A stretch of DNA of 64,000 nt from Botryllus schlosseri (Eukaryota): the NCBI GenBank assembly GCA_051294905.1, contig CM119371.1, positions 26,972,001 to 27,036,000 on the forward strand, in the 5' to 3' direction. The notes beneath the pieces were generated by a model. It was not told the DNA's origin. It worked only from the letters and a program-made list of their open reading frames with translations, and ran no database searches. Of this stretch, positions 12,809-23,749 are shown piece after piece. Within the stretch, counting starts at the first letter, position 1. Every line of letters begins with the position of its first letter. The translations under genes were made by a program, and so were the position numbers.

Positions 12809-14283
12809 CAGTGGTTCCCAACCTTTTTCATCTCGTGCCTCCCTTGGCCGAAATTTAAGCCAAAATTCCCCCCTTAGGATAAATCTGCCCGACGATTAAA
12901 AAAGGTCATTTTTACCGCGCAAACACCTGTTGACTGAGAGAATAAGACGGGCGGTACCAAGTGTTTGTTTCTAGCAGTGCTGATGTAATAACACTTTGTA
13001 GACCTCCAAAAACAATGGTCTTGCTCGCAATCAAACAAATTTTGGAACGCTTGACTCAACAGACCCCCACACTTCCATTTGTGTTTTCGGCTTACCATGC
13101 ACCAATCGCTAATATAACTGTTGTGAAAGATCAGTATGCATAGATTTGCTGGTCTCGCGATTTTTTTTCAAGTTTGCGTATGCATTTGACCAATAATATT
13201 GGTACTTTCGTATATAGGAGGGTTGACCAGACTCGAGTCTGACTCGACTCTCCATTTTCTGACGACTCGACTTGACTCGAGTCATTTTCTCAAAATACGG
13301 AAACGACTCGACTTGACTTGGGTATTGAGTCGACTTGGACTCGAGTCATGCTCCAATATGACTCGAGGCACTAAGTCGGCCAAGACCGACATTTCATTGT
13401 AATTTCGAAGAACAGTACAGCGACCACCCTATTGGAATTTCGTCTATTGATCCTGGTACTTGACAATGCGACAAGAAACTGCTCAAAGTGAGGAAAATTA
13501 GTATATCATATAGCCAAATCATTCAATATCACCAAACAGTGTTGTCTGGGGTGTGACTTGGACTCGGACTCGAGTCATAATACCATGACTCGGACTCGAC
13601 CCTCTGCTCTGTGACTTGAACTCAGACTTGACTCAATGGTGAATTGAAAATGACACGACTTGACTCGAGTCAAAACTATGAAAGTGAGATTGACTTGTGA
13701 CTCGGAGCCTCGTGATTTAGTTACAGCCCTGATATATAACATACACGTAATTAGATTCCCTGCTGGAGCTCATTGAAATTTAGGACACCCATTACGTTTC
13801 GGCAACATTGCACCAAGTTTAATATGTCTTTTTTCGATCGGGTAGCTGTTTTTTGACTTGAATCGATGACGTTGGAATATTTTGTCACTGTCTGAAAATG
13901 TTGACTTGAAAGTATAAGGTAAATACTTTTTATAGAGGCCTTGTTATGATAGATTCGGCTCAACATTTGCTCGCTTAGGATATAGTTGATTGAGAGGCCG
14001 TCGCTGGCCTACAAAATTGTCTTGCGAACTGCAGCACGTCTGAACTAGTTTGAAAAAAGGGGGGGATTTGTATGTGAAAAAGATTTCAAATAGTATTTGA
14101 ACATACTTTCATCAAACAAAAAACAGCCATGAGGAGCGTACGTTCGGATATAACTGGTTGACTACATGACAGTTCGGACATGAACAATTTGGAAAATCCG
14201 TTACAATTCTAAAGTGGAATTCCTCCCTAAAAATTGCAAAATTCCCCCCAAGGGGGGAATTCCTCCCCGGTTGGGAACCACTG
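12809..14283. mobile_element. hAT-Charlie/Buster-type non-autonomous element with nested MITE
   Basis: Termini CAGTGGTTCCCAACC...GGTTGGGAACCACTG. TSD TATTAGCC (12801-12808, 14284-14291). Internal sequence shared with 31030-32387. Confidence 0.93.
13218..13731. mobile_element. hAT-type MITE with GACTCG/GACTTG subterminal repeats
   Basis: Termini GAGGGTTGACC...GTTACAGCCCTG. Degenerate TSD GTATATAG/ATATATAA. Dense GACTCGAGTC repeats. Confidence 0.75.
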
Positions 14284-14331
14284 TATTAGCCAGTTAATTA
14301 TACTCAGTCAGTCATTACTCGCAACGATTGC

Positions 14332-14590
14332 TGCGAGATAGTGTAATGGTTATGCGTCCGGCTTCTCGAGCGGTAGGTCGTGGGTTCGATCCCCGGCCGG
14401 GTCATACCAAAGACTCGAAAAATGGTATCCGCAACTATCCTGCTAGGCGCTCAGCAATCACGGATAGCATGGAGGAGAAAAAAAACGGGGGCGCAGACTA
14501 GATGACCTCATGGGGCCGTATCGCAACTCCGTCGCCAAAGCATCTCGATGGTGCAGGCGAGAAAGAATATCATATCTCTCTCTCTCTCTC
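14332..14590 (+). mobile_element. tRNA-derived SINE (central domain resembles MetaSINE), (TC)n tail
   Basis: Box A TAGTGTAATGG (14339) and box B GGTTCGATCC (14383). Central GGTCATACCAAAGACTCGAAAAATGGTA...CCTGCTAGGCGCTCAGCA is recalled as the Meta domain and needs confirmation. 3' hairpin and (TC)n tail at 14575-14590. Confidence 0.85.
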
Positions 14591-14602
14591 ACTGGTGGCT
14601 TG

Positions 14603-14684
14603 GTTGTCGTGGCTGGGTGGCTAAGGCGACAGACTTGAAATCTGTTGGGCTATGCTCACGCAGGTTCGAGTCCTGCCGGCAACA
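14603..14684 (+). tRNA. tRNA-Ser (anticodon UGA), possibly divergent or pseudogene
   Basis: 82-nt cloverleaf: acceptor GTTGTCG/CGGCAAC, anticodon arm ACAGA-CTTGAAA-TCTGT, long variable arm TGGGC-TAT-GCTCA, T arm GCAGG-TTCGAGT-CCTGC, TTTT about 10 nt downstream. D arm has substitutions and the discriminator is A rather than the usual G. Confidence 0.8.
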
Positions 14685-17019
14685 TGTTGTTAATTTTGCG
14701 TATTCTGTATTGGAATCGCGATGGTTCTATAAGATATATTTCAGCTGTTCAGTTATAGCCCTCATTCTCACATAACACATGGTCTTACATATGGCACCTT
14801 CATTTCCGAACAAAAACTTACACTACTTCGTAACGTTCAATTTCAGATCTTATAATGTGTGTTTTAATGTAAATTACACCATTTCCTCATTTCATAATCG
14901 TCAATCTTGGTCCACAGGCCGGCTTTGATCGCGCAACAACCGCTTACATGCGAATAGTTCTCCTGTTCCTAGTTCTGCAGTCTCTGTCCATGCGTACGCA
15001 ATAACTATGCATCACACACCATTGTTCAGTGGCGCAGGCGCTGGTCTCGTGTAAATAAGCTAGCGTGAGCACAATCCTCACCGGCGACTCGACGTTGTTG
15101 TGGGCCCAAACAGGCGTATACATCTGCTGTATACGCGCCCCGTCGCTCTAAGTCTTGCCGACAACTTCCATTATTATTTGAAGTAGTGGAGGTTTCTGTT
15201 TATTTCTGTTTATTAGCAGTTCTTGACCGGAACGGATGCTATACCTATGCAGCCCTGTCATTCTGACGGCATCTGTTGTCACTACCTGAACATTGAACTT
15301 GTGGCCTCATGTCATTGATAAAACAAGCGACGTGTGATTGGACACAACGTATCCGCTTTCCGCTATCGATATTGACTTGAGAAGTTACTCAATCCTAGGG
15401 TATTTTAAAACCCGACACCGGGACATGCTGAAATACAAACCGAGGATGGTTATATAACACATAATTCAGCTGTTCAGTTACAGCCCTCACGCTCACACAA
15501 CATATGGTCTTACAAAACTGTTTAGTCAATTTGCACACGAATATACCCTCTGAACAAAAATGGTGATCATGTATTAGACAATTGTTTGAAACATTGTTAA
15601 AAGTATTAAAACTGGTCTGTCAGTAAATGACCCATAGCAGTGGTGTCACGATAATTGGAAAAATATCTTGAATGTGTAAGAAAATGGCAGTTTTCACAAG
15701 CAATGTAGCAATCGATGAATCAGCACAATCTTGGTCCGCCTTTTCCAATGGAATGCGGCCCTGCTTCATCGTCCTCAAGATAGCATGAATCATGAATTGG
15801 TCTGCACACATCCTGCATTAGTGTTGGTGATTTGAAGAATAGGCTTATCATCTGCTGATTCATAGTCCGTGGGATAGCGGGAAATTTTCACATGCCAGTT
15901 TCCATCTAGGCATGCGATTATTGCCATCCCGTTTCTCAGAACGTGCTCAGGCAATCTTTCAAGGAGAACAACTGGATCCCAATTTATTTCGTTCGAAGAT
16001 ATATCCAGAAGAAATGGCTCTTCAAGGCTGGATAATTGCTCCATATGTATCCTATTGCTGATAGTATTTACAGCAGTTTAACTACGATTGACGATATCTT
16101 CTTGTCCTTGGTAAATATAATTTCATAGCCGTTGCTGCGTTGACATATGCAATCAACTAAATCAGATATTGCTCTCACATTTAGTTGGTCATCTAGTTTA
16201 GGCCTATTCCTAACCTGTTGTGAATATCTCATCTAATTGGATATGCCACCATGCAACACCAATACGAATTTCTATGCAATGTAGTCGTTTAGCTTATACT
16301 CCAACATCTCTGAAGTCGATTCGATATGCCTGAATTCTGATAGTGGGCAGCATACAAAAAACTTGGCTCGCCTATAGCTTTGCATTCTATAAAAATTAGC
16401 AAGCCGTACTGCATATTATCACGAAAGGGTTAAACTTACTAACAGACGCAATATTAGATATCCGAACACTCGTGTCAATATAATATCGCTCAAGGCCTAG
16501 CTAGTTCCTACCACGTTTCTAAAGTCACTTTAGCCGCTGCGCAAGCTTCGTCTGTGAGGATTCGCGAAAATCGCCTGTAATTATTACTGCTGATGGTAGA
16601 TAGTTGGTTTGCATCGACGCTATGGTAGAACGTCAACTCCATGCCCGTGATGTAGGCCTAGTGTAGATTCTCAAACGCAAATCTGATGATTACACCACAT
16701 TTATTTCGACGTATATTCGGTCCGCACTCTGTTGAGCTCAGTGGTAGTCAATATTAAGTGCCATTTTGATCGACTTTGTTGTAATTGAAACGAAGTATGC
16801 TATACCTGTACAAGGAAAAAGGTTGAAAGTCGTTTGCCCGCGACATTTAAATGGTCCTCTTCATAAACTATGTGAATCCTAATATTTTTAGAGCTCGTAC
16901 CCCTTGAGCAATCATGAAATGTTCATCGTCCCCCTTATCCAGTATCGAACAGCAGTTTGCCAGGCCGCCTCAAACGCGCGTATTGGGTCGCTGTATAGGC
17001 GTCATAATTGAAAAGAAGG

Positions 17020-17505
17020 CTAGACAGAGATATGTAACTTATGTATTATTATTTTCTTAATAGGCCTCTATTATCTTATTGGTGCAGATGGTACTCAAAT
17101 TGAAAACAAAGATTATGTTGAACCGAAATCTCGCTCTGTTCTAAAGAAAATAATATTTAAACGCCCCGACTTCGAATCCAGCTCCGAGTCTTAGCATTTT
17201 ACGTAGAAATCTATTGACTTTAACTAGCGTTTATCCCAATACCAAGTCTTATGCACATTTTAGTTTTCTAGTGAAATTTGAGCTATGCCTGGATTTTGAA
17301 GGATTCGTAGTAGTATGATCAGGATACGATTGACTTCAAACTAATGTGTGTTTCCAGACTCCAAACGGTTGAATGAAATCTCTGTGCCTCAGCCTCTCGC
17401 ACCGATTCATAGCCCGAACCAAAATCCAGCCCTATTATACTGGCGGGTGTCTTGATGAAAGTAATTTATGATTTCTAATGATTTGATAAATCTCTTAGAG
17501 CTGCG
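17020..17505. repeat. Interspersed repeat (probable decayed DNA transposon), second copy at 55012-55435
   Basis: GATGGTACTCAAATTGAAAACAAAGATTATGTTGAA and CTAATGTGTGTTTCCA...GTCTTGATGAAAGTAATTTATGATTTCT are shared with 55078-55406. Confidence 0.8.
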
Positions 17506-17803
17506 GACTTCGAGTAAAAGTGGAAGAGAGAGAGAGAGAAATATTTATTGATTCGTCCAACCGAAACGAAAATAACATTGGCGCATGAAATTATAACAAG
17601 ATACTTAACGGTGTAGGACAGGGTGTAATCGATATGACTCTGGGTAGGGTCAACTAGTCTGATCACACCCTGCATTAACAGTGACAGATATTCTTTATAA
17701 ATTTGGTTGCAGTTGGTTGGGATTATCTAATTCATCATAGCATAACATAAATAATAACAATAACAATAACATGGAAAAAAGGGTAAGACAAGTGGTGTTA
17801 GTA

Positions 17804-18682
17804 TAGGGTTACCATATTTCTGTGACCCAATTTCCGGATGCTCTTTAGCGCCCACTAGTGGATTTCAAAATGAGTTATGACGTCACGCTAGCAAATCTTT
17901 GCTCATAGACCAGAGGCGGTCACGATCCGGTTCAGGAGTATGTGATGGCTGTGTGTTGTGTAACCGGGGCCGGGAGGATGATGAATTCGAAAATACTGGA
18001 GGGTAATTGTACGTACATCGTTAAGTCGTGTTCATGTCCCATCGATAAGATTGTTTATCAGCCTTATGCCGGTGCGCACCACGGAGTTTTATAAACACCC
18101 CACATCCAGTGGTTTCCAAACTTTTATGGTCGCGACTCCATATCCAATTTGAAAATGTTCCGTGACGCAGATAAAAATTTGACGAGCTGATAACCCAACA
18201 AAAGTCAGAACCTTTGCTCACGGGCTATTTTGGACGCTGATTACGTTCAATATATTCGCGAACCCCAGAATAAAGGCAAACGACCCCCACGTTTGGAAGC
18301 ATCATCTTTGAATAAAGCATTTAAACGGCCTTAACGATGTCTAGGGAAATATCGTTCTCCTATAATTGCGATTACGGTTAGGCTTATTCCAGTGAATGAA
18401 GGTTGTTTTTATTTGTATTTTATTGCAGTTTTTGCGAGGAGAGTAGTCAACTTAATGAAATCAATAAATGTGATAGTAAATCGCGCGCAGCGCGAAGAAA
18501 AATATCATGCATCAGCATAAATATTCCCAAAAAGAATGTTTTTATGTTGATTTACGAAAAAATTATGATCAGGTCTTCAGAATTCCGGACATTTGGCCTA
18601 TTTTAGAAATTCCTCCCGGACGCTAGTTTGAACAGTGAAATTCCGGACATGTCCGGGAAATTCCGGACGTATGGCAACCCTA
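17804..18682. mobile_element. hAT-Blackjack-like MITE inserted just downstream of the LINE stop codon
   Basis: Termini TAGGGTTACCATA...TATGGCAACCCTA. TSD TGTTAGTA (17796-17803, 18683-18690). TTCCGGAC subterminal repeats. Contains a small Charlie-like fragment at 18107-18303. Confidence 0.93.
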
Positions 18683-18684
18683 TG

Positions 18685-19790
18685 TTAGTAATAGGAGATA
18701 AGGTGTCTGAATAATTCTTCTTTGAATAGGTGATAAGGAAGGTCTCTGATAGATGTAGGTATAGTGTTCCAGATATCAGGACCGACATATTCGATTGATT
18801 TCTTTGTGAGGTTACTGGTGGGAGGGCGTACATGGATGTTGCCCTTGGAAGAATATCTGGTGTTGTGGGAGTGTACACTTCGAGCAAGCACGAATAAATG
18901 GTTGAAGACGGGAGGCAAGTCATTCGAAAAATATCGATGCATTAATTTTGCAACTTCAAATGCAAATATGTCATCAAATTTCAAGATTCTGTGTTTGCGG
19001 TAGAACTGGGACAGTCTGGTCGAAGGGGCAGGCCGGCCATCAAACGCATGGCTCGGTTTTGCAGGGTTCGAATTTTAGAGCAATGAGAGGTGCATGCAGT
19101 ACCCCATACAATAATGCCATACTGCAGATACGAGTAGAAAAGTGAAAAATAAATTGTCCTAAGTACAGATCTAGGAGCTATGTGCCTGAGTCGGGTCATT
19201 ACACCAACACATCTAGAAAGCTGAGTAATGGTATGAGCAATGTGCGGTTTCCATGACAATTTAGAGTCAATGACAATTTCAAGATATTTTGTTGAGTCAC
19301 AGAGGGAAACACGGTTGTTATTTAGATTCACAGTAAAGTTATCAGAGGCAGTATTAAAGAGTAGCATCACAGTTTTATCAGTATTTAAACTCAGTTTGTT
19401 GGCAGCAAGCCATTGAGAGACTTTAATAAGTTCACTCTGCACAGTACTTTGTAGGTTGTTTACATTATCAGATGAAATGAAAAGATGTGTATCATCTGCG
19501 AACAGTGTGGTATAAAAGGAAGAACAGTTAATGATGTCATTGATATAGATCAGAAATAGGGTTGGCCCTAAAACTGAGCCCTGTGGAACGCCACATTCAA
19601 CTTCCATTTCTACTGATTTTGATGAACCCAGTTTCACAAATTGCTTACGGTTTGCGAGGTAGTTCATGAGTAAGGACTTGGCAATCCCTCTAATTCCATA
19701 ATGCTCTAGTTTACTTATTAGTATCTCGTGGTTCACAGTGTCGAAAGCTTTTCTGAGATCAATAAAAATGCTGCAACCAACCCGTTTCTG
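18685..19790 (-). pseudogene. LINE ORF2 reverse transcriptase, C-terminal part, one frameshift near 19000
   Basis: Motifs FIDLRKAFDTVNH, GVPQGSVLGP, FADDT, WLAANKLSLN, LQYGIIVWG, LQNRAMR. Continues in ORF 18685..18984 (HSHNTR, GPDIWNTIP). No endonuclease domain. Confidence 0.93.
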
Positions 19791-20365
19791 TTTAATAACT
19801 TGGTAGTAGTTCGTCACAGAAGCGATCAGATAAATGGTTGAACACGGCGATTCTATGTGTGACTGATACGGGATTCCGTAACAAATGCGCATTCGTACAA
19901 TTTGAATACGAAGAAAATATCATGTTATTTTCAATCATGCAGATTGCGATGTACGTATGTATGGAATTTCGATGGCTGATAGATGGTAAACGCATAAACC
20001 TAGTTTTCGATTACTATCCATTGACAATGGCATTGCAGTCGCAGATAAAACCAGCTCACACATGTAAGGATCAGTTTACGCAGATGCTAACGTTCAACTT
20101 GCGTGACTGGCAGTGAAAACGTTCTCGTAATCAACCCGTTGATTATAACACCGTATAGTCATTATAGTTTGCGGATCTCGATTCAGGAGATCGAATAAAG
20201 TCTGTGCATGAGAGTGCTGTTGTAGTAGTCTGCAACTTCTGATCGTGCCTGCGCTTAAATCACCTGAATACGGCGGAGAACCCGGTGATCGGTTTTGCTT
20301 GTTGCTTGCTTTTATTGGATCTGTTTCTCTGTAGTTATATGTTAAATCATCTATCTAGCTTGAAG

Positions 20366-22178
20366 ATGGCATGTGTTTTGTTGCTGTTGTTTCTACTAGC
20401 ATCGGCGGTAGCGGATCCAGATGACATCGGTCAAGGAACAGAAGGTACTGGGTAGCAAACGATTTTTACAGACTGATGGAAAAATGAAAATTTCGATACC
20501 TAGGCACTGAACCTGAGACGCCACCAGAAGAAATCGCAGACGCACTCGTGGATCCGCAGATCGTCGCAGGTATCTACAAACTCCCTAATTCTTGAGGACT
20601 TGGTGAACTGGTTTTTATATTGTGTGTCTTCAGTCGAAGGACACGGTAGTGATCCAGAAGACTCGTTACTGCTCAAGCAACTGGATGATGCGGAATCCGA
20701 AGTCCATGAAATAGCCAGCCAAGGTATTGCCATGTCAACGTGAAAACTTGGGTGTTAGTGACGGCGTCGATATCCGACGATTTAGCGCTTATCTACCCGA
20801 CAATTTAGCGCTTATCCTCAATTTTTCAGTTATCAGCGACCGATTGCAGAGGATAGCCGATGATAATAATATCCGTAAGTTGACTCTCTTTCTATCTATT
20901 GCTCCGCTTCCAAGTTTAATCAGGACCAACGAATCGGTTCAATCTTAGCACCGGAGGAAGCGGCACAGGAATTGGAACATGTGCTCTGGCGCGAGTGGTC
21001 CGGTGTACAGGAGGAACTGGTTTCGCACCTGTGGCGAAGTAAGCGAAGGTTGATTGCCCCACAATTTCCAAGTTAATATGTTGTAATTTTCTGTAGATTA
21101 TTCGTTAATCGTTGGGGACATGACCGCTATGGATATTGCTGCTTTGAGCAAAGGTATTGTTGAGTGAAAGGTATCGTAGACGGTTGAATTGAGATCTGTT
21201 CAAACAAGTTCATATGCTGCCGAAATAGTTATGATAGCATGACTTCGCGCACTAATTAGAATATATACTTTCGGTTGTCGGTTCCACAAATTCCGTTCTC
21301 ACCTACGTTCACGTTCGAAGCTACATGGTTCGGGTAGTGTGATGCGACCATCGACGTTCCGATGCACCATGTTAACACTTACGACAGGCGTAGCCTTTTA
21401 TGCTACATGTTTCGGTTGGTGTGACAACTGTCGAGGTTTGTAAGTTTCATGGCGTCAAGAAAGTATACATTAGTATTCTCCCATTTGGTGTGTCTACATA
21501 TGAATTACTCCCTAGCATTCCTAGCTCCTGAAAATGGGCGCATATTTTCACATCTATTGACGGAATGGCGCTCGATTATCCGATTCCTTATGTCGAGGGT
21601 CATACGAGATATAATTGTTTTGTTAGAATACCTCGTCGCGGAGAAAAGACTGAAAGCTCTTGAGGGAAGAGAAGGATTTTGTCTCGTGAAATATCAAGAA
21701 AAGTGCTTCTGGATTGACTTCCACTACGACGCTGGGATAACGTGTGGCGTTGCCGGTCACATCTGCAAATCCAACGGTGGCCGGCTGGCTAATATCTACT
21801 CGGAAGAGCATTTGGAGATCTTGCAAGGCTACGTTAGGACGTTGATAGTTCGGCAGAATGAGAACCCTAATCCAGCTGTCTCCAGTTGGACCGGAATGCG
21901 TTACAGCGACGAGGTATGTTCCGCTGTATGTTCTATGCTTCTAAGGTTTAGCTGTTACAGTTGCTCAAGCGGTTTCGAATTTTCAGACCGAGACGACTCT
22001 ACTTTCTGACGGCAGCCCGGCACCGTACACGTCGTGGCGCGAGGGTTACCCAATCGCGATGCATGATCATTGCGTTTCCGTCCAGACAACTTTGCGATGG
22101 AGCGACCTCAATCAAGGGTATTCCAACCACGCCCTTTCCGATAGTGCTGAAAGCGTGATTTGCGAAATTTCTGTTTGA
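20366..22178 (+). CDS. Secreted C-type lectin-like domain protein, paralog A (8 coding exons, 301 aa)
   Basis: Exons 20366-20444, 20504-20569, 20634-20723, 20830-20874, 20949-21038, 21097-21153, 21627-21913, 21987-22178. All introns are GT-AG and the frame is open. Signal peptide MACVLLLLFLLASAVA, acidic stalk, CTLD GFCLVKYQEKCFW...ICKSNGGRLANI...SWTGMRY...WREGYP...HCVSV...QGYSN...VICEISV*. AATAAA near 22213. Confidence 0.9.
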
Positions 22179-23749
22179 TTCTTTCGTTTCGATAGACACA
22201 AGATACGATTGCAAATAAAACTATATGTGCGAATTTATCGTTTTTGCCTAGTCGAGTAGCATCTTTGAAAATCCGAGATTCCCGCACGGTGATATTAATT
22301 ATCACTATCATGAGGGTAGGTTATAGGACCACTTCAGTCAATGTTGCGTTTCACGGAAGGTACTACGGCTAATACCACTGGTCCTCTAGCAATAATGAAC
22401 GAACCGGGAATCATTATTTTGATTACAACCAGTGTTCGCACTTGGGAGTCCCGCATTGCGTCCTATTTCCCGAATACTAATTTGTGGCGATACGCAGATA
22501 GATACGACAGATATCCGCATGCGTCAGTATGCCATAGGCATATCTGTGGTAACGTGCGTATAGTTGACTTGGAATGAGTGCAATAGTTCGTCGTTGAAAT
22601 AATATGCTGGTAAATGTACAATCTGCAAATTAAATGAGTCCAATAAAAGTGCTAACTAAACTTTCTCTGAAACTAGGATACTTCGAGGTATATTTGTGTA
22701 GACCAGCGGTTCCCAAACTTTTTATGGTCGCGACCCCAAATTTTGATTTGAGAATCCTACGCGAGCCCACATCTAAATTTGGCGTGCTTATCACTAAAAC
22801 ATGGTCAGCACCGCCACCGAAACCTACTTACGCCCTACGTGAGTAGCAGGCGACTATGTGTTCAGTATCATAAATTATGTTGCCACTCGGTTGCACCAGA
22901 TACTAATTTATTCAATTCGTACACAAGGCAGAATTTGTGAGATGGGTGCTGTTGCATCTTGGCTGTCTATGCGTGGTGCTCTTGTTAGCAAACCACACCT
23001 TAGATTTGGCTTTACCCACAGTTTCTTCTCATGGCATGACATGGTATGGAACGAAAATTCGGTATGGAATATGGAAAAGGGAAAGTATGGTATCGTATCG
23101 AATTTTTTTTTTATATATGGGTTCCATTCTTTGACAATTTTACCAGAACCATGGCAATGATCCAACTTTTTGTTAGTCTGGTCGATTGCGTTCCTGTCGA
23201 CATCTATATGAGGACAAAAAAGTTGTGCAACTCTCATATGAAGCAACACAATATTAACGATATAATCCAATCTGAATATAATAAAAATGGATGATAGTCA
23301 ACCGCTGTCGCGTTGCAGCTTACATTTCGCTTATCGGTTCAACGATATATTTCGATTACAGCAACTTCCACTATATAAACTATCAAGAGGAGCTTGAAAA
23401 CCGTAGACTCTGTGAATTCAGCAGTTACGTGAACAGTTGAATTTGGAAGTCCTTTTCTGCGCTTTGCTCCTACACTCTAAATTCGAATGCGTGCAGAGGA
23501 ACGCAAATTTACACGCCAAATCCGGTTTTTTTTTAACTACCACACAACGTGCTGGAGCCGATGTGTGCCTGGCTATCCTGTGTTTAGTGGTAGTGTGTTC
23601 ATGCTGACTTGCGCAGAGCCCGAAATTAATACCAGCCATCCATGAATTTTTACTCAGCTTAGGCTCGAAAAAGATTTTATTGCAACGAAAGATGAATACA
23701 GAACATTCATTTGCAGACGAAAATGTGTGAATTTCTAGCTTGCACAATT

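Larger units (their letters stand above)
17524..19800 (-). mobile_element. 5'-truncated L2/CR1-clade LINE retrotransposon (interrupted by MITE 17804-18682)
   Basis: RT ORF, then a 3' UTR with a hairpin (17619-17672), AATAAA and a (TC)n tail on the minus strand ending near 17524. Confidence 0.9.

Noticed and set aside
14603..14684. tRNA with TGA in the anticodon loop as selenocysteine or opal-suppressor tRNA
   Set aside because: Anticodon UGA reads UCA (Ser). tRNA-Sec has anticodon UCA and different stem lengths. The 82-nt structure is an ordinary Ser type.
15620..16044. Overlapping minus-strand ORFs that look protein-like
   Set aside because: No recognisable motif or consistent splice structure, and multiple stops.
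18685..19892. RT ORF near lectin genes as a diversity-generating retroelement or retron
   Set aside because: Motifs, 3' UTR and tail are those of an L2/CR1-clade LINE, and it is 5'-truncated and frameshifted. No template/variable repeat pair with adenine-specific differences is visible in the lectin genes.
21449..22009. 186-aa single-exon ORF as a gene
   Set aside because: Only 21627-21913 is coding (exon 7 of paralog A). The rest is intron read-through.
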